Shown here: piece after piece, positions 26,511-35,829 of the stretch | Layout of the letters: each line of letters opens with the position of its first letter | How positions within the stretch are numbered: the stretch's first letter is position 1 | NCBI GenBank assembly: GCA_958295955.1 | Contig: OY282420.1 | Coordinates: 150,236-214,235, forward strand | Direction of reading: 5' to 3' | Origin: an uncultured Bryobacterales bacterium | GTDB taxonomy: Bacteria; Acidobacteriota; Terriglobia; Bryobacterales; UBA6623 | DNA: 64,000 nt | Position numbers and translations under genes: made by a program | Notes under the pieces: model-generated | The model's input: the letters and a program-made list of their open reading frames with translations, nothing else | Told to the model about the DNA's origin: nothing | The model's database searches: none

Positions 26511-27836
26511 ATGGCATCGTTTCGGCGCCCGCGGGCGGAAGGAGAGCTCAAGCGCGAGATCGGCAGGATTCTGGCCGAAGAAGTCCGCGACCCGGCCGCC
26601 GACGGCATCTATGTCACGCAAGTGGAGCTTTCCCGGGATAAAAAATCGGCGCGGGTTCTGATTGCCGGCCTGGACGCCGGCGGCCCGAGCGGCGCGTCGG
26701 ACGACCCGGCGCGGGCGCTGCAACGCGCCGCGGGCTTCATCCAAAGGAGCTTGGCGTCCCGCGTTCCGATGCGCGGCGTGCCGCATCTGCGGTTTGAATA
26801 CGACCGCTCCGGACAGGCCGCGGAGCGCATGGACACGCTGTTCCAACGCATCCGCAAGCGTTCGCGGAAGTCCGGCCCCGCTGTCATTCTGCTCTGTGCG
26901 CTAACGGCTTCGGGCCGCGCGGAACAGGCGCTGCAGCGCTTCGAGTCCGCGGCGGATGCGATGGGCAGCGAATTCCGCATCGCCTGCTATGCGCCGGAGA
27001 CGGCGCTCGCCGCCAACGCAGTCACGGCCGCTTTCGACGAAGCGCGCCGCATCGATGCATTTCTCAGCAACTACAAGCCTGACAGCGAGTTGAGCCGGAT
27101 CAACCGAGAAGCCAGCGGACGCGCGGTGGCGATTTCGCCGGAGATGACCGATCTGCTCGCGGCCTGCCTGCGCTATCACCGCATCAGCGAAGGCGCATTC
27201 GACATTACCGTCGGCGCGCTCGTCGAAACCTGGGGGTTTTTTCGCGGCAACGGCAAGATGCCGGGGCGGCCGGCGCTGTGGCTTGCCCGCAGAAAAGTCG
27301 GCTCCCAACACATGGAGCTCGACCGCGCGAACCGCACCGTAAAATTTTTGCGCTCGGGGCTGCGCCTCGATCCGGGCGGCATCGGCAAGGGCTATGCGGT
27401 CGACCGCGCCGTCGCAGTGCTGCGCGAGTACGGCATCGAAAGGGCGCTGGTCAGCGCCGGCGCGAGCAGCATTTACGCTTTGGGAGCCCCGCCGGGCAAC
27501 GCCCGCGGCTGGACCGTGAGTATCCGCGACCCGAGCGGAAGCTCGGATTCGGTCGGCAAGGTTTTGCTCAAGGATCGGTCGCTCTCCAGCTCGGGCTCGG
27601 ATGAGAAATTTTTCGAGGTCGGAGGGAAGCGCTACGCGCACATTCTCGACCCGCGCAGCGGACGGCCGGCGGAGGGAATGCGCTCGGTATCGGTGATTAC
27701 GCCGAAGACGATCGACAGCGAAGCATGGGCGACGACGATTTTCGTGAACGGGGCCGACTGGGCCGGGCAAAACCGCCCGCCGGACGCCCGGTTCTTTCTC
27801 TGCCCCTCCGACGCCGCCTGCTTCGGTCTCGATTAG
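26511..27836 (+). CDS. rbfA-apbE: RbfA (ribosome-binding factor A) domain fused in frame to ApbE-type FAD:protein FMN transferase
   Basis: A GAGGGG Shine-Dalgarno sequence precedes ATG 26511. Residues 1-~115 read RAEGELKREIGRILAEEVRDPAADGIYVTQVELSRDKKSARVLI...GVPHLRFEYDRS (RbfA). There is no stop codon. An internal ATG at 26829 gives MDTLFQRIRKRSRKSGPAVILLCALTAS (signal/anchor), then the ApbE body (AMGSEFRIACY...GGIGKGYAVD...). Confidence 0.75.
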   Translation: MASFRRPRAEGELKREIGRILAEEVRDPAADGIYVTQVELSRDKKSARVLIAGLDAGGPSGASDDPARALQRAAGFIQRSLASRVPMRGVPHLRFEYDRSGQAAERMDTLFQRIRKRSRKSGPAVILLCALTASGRAEQALQRFESAADAMGSEFRIACYAPETALAANAVTAAFDEARRIDAFLSNYKPDSELSRINREASGRAVAISPEMTDLLAACLRYHRISEGAFDITVGALVETWGFFRGNGKMPGRPALWLARRKVGSQHMELDRANRTVKFLRSGLRLDPGGIGKGYAVDRAVAVLREYGIERALVSAGASSIYALGAPPGNARGWTVSIRDPSGSSDSVGKVLLKDRSLSSSGSDEKFFEVGGKRYAHILDPRSGRPAEGMRSVSVITPKTIDSEAWATTIFVNGADWAGQNRPPDARFFLCPSDAACFGLD

Positions 27837-27851
27837 CGTCGGCCGGTTGCG

Positions 27852-28871
27852 TCAAGCCCGGTGCGGCTGCCGGGGCTGTGCCGCGATCATCGGCGTCTGC
27901 GAGTCGCGCCAGAAATCGATCGCCGAAGCCTTGTGGACGCACGAGACCGTGCAGGCAGGCGCGCAGGGCTTTGCCGAGCGGTAAGCCTTGCGGATATCCG
28001 CCACCGAATACCGTTCGAGCGGAATGCCGGGGTAGCCGCGCTGCTGCGAGCAGTAGTGAACCAGGCCGTCCTCGCAGATATAAAGGTAACGGGCGCCGGC
28101 GCGGCACTTCCAATCGTTGGTGCGCCCTGCCGCCAAGTTGTCCTGGAAGAAGGTTATGCGGCTGTAGCCCCGCTTCGCCGAAAGGGCCTTGATGCGGTGA
28201 TAAACGTTGCTCTCGGCCTCCGCCAGAGGCTGAAGCTGCCCGCTGCCGTCATGAATAATGCCGACGGTGCTGGTAAAACCGAGATCGAGGGCGCGGACGG
28301 CGATTTTGTAGGCATCCTCGGGATTGGGAATGCCGCCGCCGACCACTGAATTGATGTTCACGTCGAAGTAGGCGTAGTCGGCCAGCATCTCCAGCTTGCG
28401 GTCGAGCACCCGCAGGCTTTTCATCGACGTTTTATCCGGGTTGATGTTGTCGATGCTGATTTGGAGGTATTCCAGGCCGGCGTCGTTGAACTCTTGAATG
28501 CGTTTGGCGCCGAGCAAATAGCCGTTGGTGATGAGGCCGGCGATGATGCCGTGGGAACGAATATGGCGGATCAGATCGTCCAGTTGCGGATGCAGCAGAG
28601 GCTCGCCGCCGCTGAGGGTGATGATGCTTACCCCGAGGGCGGCCAGCCGGTCGGTTCGCTTTTTGAGCTCTTCGATGGACACGGGGTTCGAAAAGTCGTC
28701 GTACTCGTTGCAGTAGGCGCAAGCGATGTTGCAGCGCCGGGTCGGGATCACGTGCGCCAGCAGCGGATGATCGGTATCGGCAAGCCCTTTCAGGATCATG
28801 TAGAGCTCGCGCATCTTGCGATGCCAGTGCAGCGTCTTGCGCCTGATGCGAGTCTTGTAACCGACGGCCAT
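27852..28871 (-). CDS. radical SAM protein with Cys-rich C-terminal (SPASM/twitch-like) region
   Basis: CNIACAYC (CxxxCxxC) and the SGGEPLL motif. C-terminal cysteines are CRAGARYLYICEDGLVHYC and CAPACTVSC. The start is uncertain (ATG 28871, 28814 or 28799). The track ORF extension to 29156 runs through tRNA genes. Confidence 0.8.
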   Translation of the reverse strand: MAVGYKTRIRRKTLHWHRKMRELYMILKGLADTDHPLLAHVIPTRRCNIACAYCNEYDDFSNPVSIEELKKRTDRLAALGVSIITLSGGEPLLHPQLDDLIRHIRSHGIIAGLITNGYLLGAKRIQEFNDAGLEYLQISIDNINPDKTSMKSLRVLDRKLEMLADYAYFDVNINSVVGGGIPNPEDAYKIAVRALDLGFTSTVGIIHDGSGQLQPLAEAESNVYHRIKALSAKRGYSRITFFQDNLAAGRTNDWKCRAGARYLYICEDGLVHYCSQQRGYPGIPLERYSVADIRKAYRSAKPCAPACTVSCVHKASAIDFWRDSQTPMIAAQPRQPHRA

Positions 28872-29008
28872 GCGAGATGCGACGATGAACGGTTGCGGCC
28901 CGACCGCTGAAGCGGGCCGCCGATCAATTCCAGTATAACCGGATTGGCGTTGTTGCCCGCGCAGGCCGGTCAAGCTATGCTGAAAGAGCAGTCCGGCGTT
29001 TGTGCGTT

Positions 29009-29084
29009 GCCGGCGTAGCTCAGTTGGTAGAGCATCCGATTTGTAATCGGACGGTCGGGGGTTCGAGTCCTCTCGCCGGCTCCA
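29009..29084 (+). tRNA. tRNA-Thr (anticodon TGT)
   Basis: A 76-nt cloverleaf folded by hand: acceptor GCCGGCG/CGCCGGC, D arm GCTC-AGTTGGTA-GAGC, anticodon arm TCCGA-TTTGTAA-TCGGA, T arm GGGGG-TTCGAGT-CCTCT, with an encoded CCA. Confidence 0.95.
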
Positions 29085-29129
29085 GTTTTCAAGAGGAGAG
29101 AGCGGCCCCGGCGCAGTGGACAAAGCATT

Positions 29130-29204
29130 GCGGGAGTAACTCAATGGTAGAGTCACAGCCTTCCAAGCTGTTGGTTGCGGGTTCGATTCCCGTCTCCCGC
29201 TCCA
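29130..29204 (+). tRNA. tRNA-Gly (anticodon TCC)
   Basis: 75 nt: acceptor GCGGGAG/CTCCCGC, anticodon arm ACAGC-CTTCCAA-GCTGT, T arm GCGGG-TTCGATT-CCCGT, with an encoded CCA. Confidence 0.95.
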
Positions 29205-29229
29205 GGAATCGCCGCTGCGGCGGCTGTGA

Positions 29230-29305
<76 letters not shown>

Positions 29306-29421
29306 GAATTTTTGCCGCCGGGCAAGGCAGGCGCGGCATAACCGCGCCGGCGGCGGCTGAGCAGTCCGCGGCTATACTCAAAGTATCGGCCTCGGCGCGC
29401 GGGCTGCGCAAGCGATTCTCG

Positions 29422-30597
29422 ATGAAACTCCAGACTCTGGCGGTGCATGCGGGCGACCGCAAGAAGCCCGGCGACTTCATCCCCGTCACCACCCCGATTT
29501 ATGCGGCCTCGAGTTTTTTCTACGAACGGACCGAAGACCTGGACGACGTATTCAGCGGGGAAAAATCGGGGCAGAGCTATGCGCGGTTCGGCAACCCGAC
29601 GGTCGCCGCGGTCGAAGAGCAGGTCGCGGCGCTGGAAGGCGCCGAGGTCTGCATTGCGACTTCGTCCGGCATGGGCGCGATCCAGCTTGCGCTGCTGGCG
29701 GCGCTGACCGACCGCCGCAAGTCGATTGTCGCCGCCGACGCGCTTTACGGCGCGACGATCCGGGTGCTGACGGAAATGCCGGCGCTTGCCGGCGTCGAGA
29801 CGGCGTTCTGCGACGTTTGCGACCTGGAGCGGCTTGACGCCGTAACGGCGAAGGCGCGCCCCGCGGCAATCTACGTCGAAACCATCTCAAACCCCCTGAT
29901 GCGCGTGCCAGCGCTCGACAGAATCGCGGAAATCGCCCATAGCCATGACGCCTTGTTGATCGTGGACTCCACGTTCACAACTCCGGTGCTGGCGCGGCCG
30001 CTGGCGTTGGGAGCGGACATCGTCGTGCATAGCGCGACGAAATATCTGGCGGGGCACGGCGACGCGCTCGGCGGGTTTTTTCTGGCCGGCGGCGAGCACC
30101 GCGAAACCGCGGAAATGCTGCACCACACGCTCGGTTACAACCTCGGCGCGTTCGCCGCGTATTTCATCATGCGCGGCGTGAAAACGCTGCCGTTGCGAAT
30201 GCGCAAGCAGTGCCGGAACGCGCTGCAAACGGCCGCATGGCTGGAGCGGCATCCCGCGGTCGAAAAGTTGCGCTTCCCCGCGGCGGACGGCCACCCCGAC
30301 CGCGAGACCGCGGCCGCTCTGCTGCCCGACGGGCTGTTCGGGGCGATGATGAGCTTCGAGGTGAAGGGCGGCAAGGCGGCGGCGTTCTCCGTCATCGACC
30401 GCTTGCGCATGATCGTTCCGGCTCCCAGCCTCGGCGACGTTCACACCATGATGCTGCATCCGGCTACGACTTCCCACGGGCAAATGCCCGCGGCGCAAAG
30501 GGAGAGGCTGGGCATCGGCGAAGCGATGCTGCGGCTTTCCGTCGGCATCGAGGCCGCGGATGACATCATCGGCGATCTGGAGCAGGCGCTGCCATGA
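29422..30597 (+). CDS. Cys/Met-metabolism PLP-dependent enzyme (cystathionine gamma-synthase / gamma-lyase / O-acylhomoserine sulfhydrylase family), copy 1
   Basis: ATG 29422 (MKLQTLAVHAGDRKKPG...). The PLP-lysine motif is HSATKYLAGHGD. The track ORF start at 29245 lies inside tRNA-Thr. Confidence 0.9.
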   Translation: MKLQTLAVHAGDRKKPGDFIPVTTPIYAASSFFYERTEDLDDVFSGEKSGQSYARFGNPTVAAVEEQVAALEGAEVCIATSSGMGAIQLALLAALTDRRKSIVAADALYGATIRVLTEMPALAGVETAFCDVCDLERLDAVTAKARPAAIYVETISNPLMRVPALDRIAEIAHSHDALLIVDSTFTTPVLARPLALGADIVVHSATKYLAGHGDALGGFFLAGGEHRETAEMLHHTLGYNLGAFAAYFIMRGVKTLPLRMRKQCRNALQTAAWLERHPAVEKLRFPAADGHPDRETAAALLPDGLFGAMMSFEVKGGKAAAFSVIDRLRMIVPAPSLGDVHTMMLHPATTSHGQMPAAQRERLGIGEAMLRLSVGIEAADDIIGDLEQALP

Positions 30598-31790
30598 AGC
30601 TCGAATCGCTCGCGGTACACGCCGGCGGCCGCAAGCCTTCGGCAGGGTTCACGGCGGCGGCAACGCCGATCCATGTCTCCTCCAGCTATTTCTACGGGAC
30701 GGCTGCCGAACTCGCAAAAGTCGAGGCGGGCAATGCCGAGGGCTACAGCTATACGCGGCACGGCAACCCGACCGCCGACGCGCTGCACGAGCAAATCGCG
30801 GCGCTGGAAGGCGGCGGCGCGGCCTTGTCCACTGCCTCGGGCATGTCTGCGCTGCACCTTGCCTTGTCGGCGGCTTTGACCGGCCGGCCGCAGCGCATCG
30901 TCGCCGCGAACATGCTTTTCGGGCAGACCTATTTATTGCTGTCCGGCGTCATGGAGCCGCAAGGAGTCGAGACGCGGTTCGCCGACCCCTGCGATCCGGA
31001 CGCCTTCGAGCGGGCGGTTGCCGAACATCGGCCAAGCTGCGTACTGCTGGAAGCGGTCTCGAATCCGCTGCTGCGCGTAGCGGAATTGGATCGGATCGCC
31101 GCGATCGCCCATGAGCACGGCGCCGCCCTCGTTGCGGACTGCACGTTCACCACGCCGGCGCTTTTGCAGGCGCGCGGCCTCGGCGCCGATTTCATTGTTC
31201 ACAGCGGCACCAAGCACCTGGCGGGGCATGCCGACGTATTGGGCGGCATCCTGGTCTATGCAAACGAACACGCTCCTTTGGTGGAGGATTTGAGCCAGAC
31301 GTTGGGGCCGAACCTGGGGCCGTTCGAGTGCTACCTGACCATGCGCGGCATCAAGACCCTCCCACTGCGCATGGCAGCGCATTGCCGCAACGCAGGCATC
31401 GTCGCCCGAGCGCTGCAAGAGGACGAGCGCATCCTGCGCGTCCACTACCCCGGCTTGGCCGACCACCCGGACCATGACGCCGCATCCCGGCTGTTTTTGC
31501 CGGCGGCGGGCGGCGAAAAGCAATACGGCGGCATGGTCAGCTTCGAAATCGCCAGCGCGGGACGGCAAGAGGTCTTTCGCTTCCTCAATGCGCTGAAGCT
31601 GGTCGTTCGAACGCTCAGCCTGGGGGATGTCCACTCGCTCGTTTCTTATCCGGCGATGAGCTCGCATCGCAATCTTTCGCCCAAGCACCGGGCGCGGCTC
31701 GGCATCGGCGATAATCTGCTGCGTCTTTCGGTCGGCATCGAAGACCCCGAGGACATCGTCGAAGACCTGCTGCAGGCTCTGCGCGGTTAG
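30594..31790 (+). CDS. Cys/Met-metabolism PLP-dependent enzyme, copy 2 (tandem paralogue)
   Basis: 398 aa. MKLESLAVHAGGRKPS..., with PLP-lysine motif HSGTKHLAGHAD. ATGA start/stop overlap with copy 1. Confidence 0.9.
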   Translation: MKLESLAVHAGGRKPSAGFTAAATPIHVSSSYFYGTAAELAKVEAGNAEGYSYTRHGNPTADALHEQIAALEGGGAALSTASGMSALHLALSAALTGRPQRIVAANMLFGQTYLLLSGVMEPQGVETRFADPCDPDAFERAVAEHRPSCVLLEAVSNPLLRVAELDRIAAIAHEHGAALVADCTFTTPALLQARGLGADFIVHSGTKHLAGHADVLGGILVYANEHAPLVEDLSQTLGPNLGPFECYLTMRGIKTLPLRMAAHCRNAGIVARALQEDERILRVHYPGLADHPDHDAASRLFLPAAGGEKQYGGMVSFEIASAGRQEVFRFLNALKLVVRTLSLGDVHSLVSYPAMSSHRNLSPKHRARLGIGDNLLRLSVGIEDPEDIVEDLLQALRG

Positions 31791-31802
31791 CCCGGCGCAC
31801 GG

Positions 31803-32972
31803 CTACACGACCGACAACGTTTCGTCGTTCCAGCCGACTTTGCGGCCTTCGCGAATCGAAATGTTGGCGAGTTGCAGGATCAGCGCGGCCTGAAAACCTT
31901 TTTCGATCGGCGCGTTCGGGACGTTGCGGGTGCGGACGCACTCCAGGAAGTTCATCGCGTGGTCGATCGTCGCCTGATTGAAGCCGCCGGGCTGCTCTTT
32001 GGCGAACGCGGCGCGGTCGGGCGATTCCCGGTCGTAAACGCGGAGGAACTCGCGGCCGATGTCCATGCGGGCGAGGCTGCCGTCATAGGCGTTGAGCTGG
32101 TCGGCGCGGCGGTCGTACGTCATGGCGTTGTAGTTGATGGTGAAAACCGCCATGAAGTCCTCGGGATATTCGGCGGCCACGACGACGGATTCGGGCTGGT
32201 CCATGCCCTCGACGCGGGGCCGCAGCGCGGAGGCGTTGACCGCAACGGGATAACCGGCGTCCATAATCATGTGAATCGAGTCGTAGATGTGCGCGCCCTG
32301 ATCTTGGACAATGCCCCCGGAGTAGTCGGCGATGCTGCGCCAGTTGAAAAAGCGCAGCGGGTCTTTGGGCGCCTGCGGCGCGGGGCCGAGCCATTGCTCC
32401 CAGTCGATCGGTCCGGTGAATTGCGCGCGCCTGGGCTCGGTTCGCGAGTTCAGCCAGTAAGTGCGCGACATGCGCACCGCGCCGAGGCGGCCGGCGCGGC
32501 GCATGTCGCGGGCCTCGTGGTAGAGGTTGTAGCTGCGCCGCTGCATGCCGACTTGCACGATGCGGTCGGACCCGCGCTGGGCCGCGACCAGTTCCCTGCC
32601 CTCTTCGGGCGTGTGGCAGAGCGGCTTTTCGACATAAACATCCTTGCCGGCGGCCATGGCGTCGAGAGTCATGCGGTGATGCCAGTGCTCGGGCGTGGCG
32701 ATCAGCACGGCGTCGATATCCTTGTCGTCGAGCAACTGTTTGTAGTTGCGGTAGGCTTTCGCGCCGCCTCCGGCCGCCGACAGGCCGCGCTCGAGATTGG
32801 GCTCGTAAACGTCGCACACGGCGTGAACCTTCAGGTCGGGGTCGCGCAGGAACTCCGTCATGACCCGGCGACCGCGTCCGCCCGAGCCGATCAGCCCGAG
32901 GGTAATGCGCGCGCTCGGGCTTTGAGCGAGCGCCGCTGCGCTCGAAGACAACAAGAAGATACGGCGGTCCAT
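31803..32972 (-). CDS. Gfo/Idh/MocA family oxidoreductase with TAT-like signal
   Basis: 389 aa. MDRRIFLLSSSAAALAQSPSA, then GLIGSGGRGR (Rossmann motif) and the EKPL motif. Confidence 0.9.
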   Translation of the reverse strand: MDRRIFLLSSSAAALAQSPSARITLGLIGSGGRGRRVMTEFLRDPDLKVHAVCDVYEPNLERGLSAAGGGAKAYRNYKQLLDDKDIDAVLIATPEHWHHRMTLDAMAAGKDVYVEKPLCHTPEEGRELVAAQRGSDRIVQVGMQRRSYNLYHEARDMRRAGRLGAVRMSRTYWLNSRTEPRRAQFTGPIDWEQWLGPAPQAPKDPLRFFNWRSIADYSGGIVQDQGAHIYDSIHMIMDAGYPVAVNASALRPRVEGMDQPESVVVAAEYPEDFMAVFTINYNAMTYDRRADQLNAYDGSLARMDIGREFLRVYDRESPDRAAFAKEQPGGFNQATIDHAMNFLECVRTRNVPNAPIEKGFQAALILQLANISIREGRKVGWNDETLSVV

Positions 32973-32983
32973 GCCGCAAGATT

Positions 32984-33385
32984 CTACCGCAGGCGCATGG
33001 GCCGCGGCCGGCTGAACTTGCGTTTTTCAGCCGCGCGAACCTGCGCCTCGTTCATGCCCAGATGGTGCGCCAACTCGTGCCAGAGCGTGCGATAAATTCC
33101 TTGGCGGATGTCGCCGCGCGTATAGCGCTCGAGCGGGCCTTGAAACAAAGTGACGCGGTCGGGCAGCGCCATTTGATAATGCCAACCGCGGCGGTCCAGA
33201 GAAATGCCCTCGTAGAGGCCGAGCAGGGTTCCCCCTGGCAGAACGCCTCCGGCGTAGAGTTGTTCGGCCGACGGCTCGTCTTCGACGAATATGACGATGT
33301 TGGAAAATTGCGCGCGGATGTCCTCGGGAATGCTGTTCCAGGCGTCTTCCACCCACTCTTCGAATTCGTCCCGGCGGTAGCGCAT
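32984..33385 (-). CDS. small zincin-like metallopeptidase family protein (DUF1025-type)
   Basis: 133 aa. HELAHHLG (HExxH) near the C-terminus and an acidic N-terminal half, which is the typical minimal zincin architecture. Confidence 0.8.
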   Translation of the reverse strand: MRYRRDEFEEWVEDAWNSIPEDIRAQFSNIVIFVEDEPSAEQLYAGGVLPGGTLLGLYEGISLDRRGWHYQMALPDRVTLFQGPLERYTRGDIRQGIYRTLWHELAHHLGMNEAQVRAAEKRKFSRPRPMRLR

Positions 33386-33468
33386 GGAAACTTTGACACC
33401 GCGCGGTACAATGGCGCCTGCGTACCCGGGCGGTTACGCATTGAGCTTATCATTCGCGGAGAAACGAC

Positions 33469-34818
33469 GTGAATCGACGACGGTTTTGCACTTTGCTCGG
33501 CGCGGCGTCCGCCGGCGCATCGTTGGCGCGCCCGCCGCAACGCCCCAACATCGTCTTTATCATGGCCGACGATCTCGGCTACGGCGACCTGGGCTGCTAC
33601 GGCCAGAAAACGATCGCGACGCCGAACATCGACAGGCTTTGCGCCGAGGGGATGAAGTTCACTGATTTCTACGCGGGCGCGACCGTCTGCGCTCCTTCGC
33701 GATGCAGCCTGATGACCGGAAAACACGGCGGCCACGCCACCGTGCGCGGCAACCGCAACCCCGAAACGCCCTTGCGCCCCGGCGACGTGACCGTTGCGGA
33801 GGCGCTCAAGACCGCGGGCTACGCCACCGCCCAGTTCGGCAAGTGGGGCGTCGGCGGACCGGTCACCTTGGGGCGTCCGAACGTGCAGGGATTCGACGAG
33901 TTCTTCGGCTACCTCAGCCAATGGCATGCGCACGATCACTTCCCCGGACATCTCTGGCATAACGAAATCGAGCATTTCATCGGCAACAACCGCAGCGGGG
34001 CGCGGGGGACCTTCGCGCACGATTTGTTCACCGAGAAGGCGCTCGATTTTCTTGACAGGTCGGCCGAGAAACCGTTTTTCCTTTACCTGCCGTATGCCGT
34101 TCCGCATACCAACAACGAATTGGGCCGGCGGACCGGCGACGGCATGGAAGTGCCGCACTACGGCTCTTACGCCGGCCGCAAGTGGCCGAATCCGGAGAAG
34201 GGCTTCGCGGCGATGATCGAATTTCTCGACCGCGACGTCGGCCGCATCATGGCCAAGCTCGACGACCTGGGGCTGGCCGAGAACACGATCGTCTTTTTCA
34301 CCAGCGACAACGGCCCGCACGGCGAAGGCGGACACGACCCGGAGTTCTTCGGCTCGCGGGGCGGTCTGCGCGGCATCAAGCGCGACTTGTACGAAGGCGG
34401 AATCCGCGTGCCGATGATCGTGCGCTGGAAGGGCGCGGTCGAGGCGGGCGGCGAAAGCGGCTTGCCCTGGGCCGCCTGGGACGTTTTGGCGACTTGCGCC
34501 GATCTGGCGGGGGTTCCCGCCCCGCCGGGCGGCGACGGCATCTCGGTGAAGCCGACGCTTTTGGGGCAGCCGCAACAGGGTCACGAATACCTCTACTGGG
34601 AGTTCCACGAGCACAGCTACAAGCGGGCGGTTCGGATGGGCAAGTGGAAGGGCGTCAAGCTCGCTCCCGATGCCCCGCTGGAACTCTACGACCTCGCGCA
34701 GGATATCGGCGAAACGAACGATGCCGCCGCGTCGAATCCGCGCGTGGTCAGCCGCATCGAGCGGATTCTCAAGACCGCACGCACGGAGTCGAAGGAATTC
34801 CCCGTCCGCGGGTCGTGA
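33469..34818 (+). CDS. sulfatase (Cys-type, TAT-like signal)
   Basis: GTG start after a GGAGAA Shine-Dalgarno sequence. MNRRRFCTLLGAASAGASLA, PNIVFIMADDLGYGDLGCYG, and the CAPSRCSLMTG formylglycine motif. Confidence 0.9.
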   Translation: MNRRRFCTLLGAASAGASLARPPQRPNIVFIMADDLGYGDLGCYGQKTIATPNIDRLCAEGMKFTDFYAGATVCAPSRCSLMTGKHGGHATVRGNRNPETPLRPGDVTVAEALKTAGYATAQFGKWGVGGPVTLGRPNVQGFDEFFGYLSQWHAHDHFPGHLWHNEIEHFIGNNRSGARGTFAHDLFTEKALDFLDRSAEKPFFLYLPYAVPHTNNELGRRTGDGMEVPHYGSYAGRKWPNPEKGFAAMIEFLDRDVGRIMAKLDDLGLAENTIVFFTSDNGPHGEGGHDPEFFGSRGGLRGIKRDLYEGGIRVPMIVRWKGAVEAGGESGLPWAAWDVLATCADLAGVPAPPGGDGISVKPTLLGQPQQGHEYLYWEFHEHSYKRAVRMGKWKGVKLAPDAPLELYDLAQDIGETNDAAASNPRVVSRIERILKTARTESKEFPVRGS

Positions 34819-34830
34819 GCGCGGGGCGGC

Positions 34831-35829
34831 TCATGCGCTGTAAAGCCCGGTGCGCTCTTTGGCCAGGCGCACGGTTGCTTCGGCAATGGGGGCGATGCGC
34901 TCGGCGCTGCCGCGCAGGATCCGGCGCAAGTGATCGCGGTTGGCCATCAGGTCCGCGTACTTCGCCTGAATCGGATCGAGACTGGAAACGAGCATCTCGG
35001 TGACGTTTCTCTTGAGGTCTCCGTAGCGCATCCCGGCAAAATGAGATTCCATTTGCCGCTCGCTCCAGCCCGAAAGAGACTGGAAGATCGTCAGCAGGTT
35101 CTTGACGCCGGCGCCGGGGCGTTCCCAGCGTACCGCGGGCTGCGAATCGGTGACGGCTCGGCCGATCAGCTTCTTGATGCGGGCGGGGGGATCGAGCAGA
35201 CTCACGGCGTGATTGGGGCCGGCCGCGGACTTGCTCATCTTCTGCGTCGGGTCGTCCAGTCCCATGATCCGGGCGCCGACCGTCGGCAGCCTGGTTTCGG
35301 GCACGACAAAGGTTTTTCCGTAGAGCGCGTTGAAGCGGTGGGCGATATTGCGGGTAAGCTCCATGTGCTGCGACTGATCATCGCCTACGGGAACGATATT
35401 GGCTTGATACAGCAGGATGTCGGCGGCCATCAACACGGGGTAAACGAACAGCCCCGTGCCGATCGACTCTTGCGAGCTCTCGGCCTGCTGCATTTTCGTC
35501 TTGAACTGCGTCATGCGCCCAAGCCAGCCGTAGGGGGTCGCGCAGGTGAAAATCCAGGCCAGCTCGACATGGCCGGGAATCTGCGATTGCACGAAGACGG
35601 CGGCGTGCTCGGGGTCGATTCCCGCGGCGACGTAGAGCGCGGCGAGTTGCTCGCAACGCTCCCGCAACTCTTGCGGGTCTTGATAGACCGTGATGGCGTG
35701 CTGATCGACGATACAGAAAATGGGCTCGTAGTCGTACTGGATTTGCGTCCAGTTGCGCAGCGCGCCCAAGTAGTTGCCGATATGCAGACCGCCCGAGGGC
35801 TGCATGCCGGAGAAAATGCGGGGTTTCAT
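34831..35829 (-). CDS. trpS: tryptophan--tRNA ligase
   Basis: 332 aa. SGMQPSGGLHIGNYLGA (HIGH-type motif) and KMSKS are present. Confidence 0.95.
   Translation of the reverse strand: MKPRIFSGMQPSGGLHIGNYLGALRNWTQIQYDYEPIFCIVDQHAITVYQDPQELRERCEQLAALYVAAGIDPEHAAVFVQSQIPGHVELAWIFTCATPYGWLGRMTQFKTKMQQAESSQESIGTGLFVYPVLMAADILLYQANIVPVGDDQSQHMELTRNIAHRFNALYGKTFVVPETRLPTVGARIMGLDDPTQKMSKSAAGPNHAVSLLDPPARIKKLIGRAVTDSQPAVRWERPGAGVKNLLTIFQSLSGWSERQMESHFAGMRYGDLKRNVTEMLVSSLDPIQAKYADLMANRDHLRRILRGSAERIAPIAEATVRLAKERTGLYSA

Noticed and set aside
28872-29156. N-terminal extension of the radical SAM ORF (track ORF 27852-29156).
   Set aside because: The extension reads through tRNA-Thr and tRNA-Gly on the opposite strand. 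The radical SAM CxxxCxxC motif lies about 20-45 residues after the internal ATGs, which is a normal distance.
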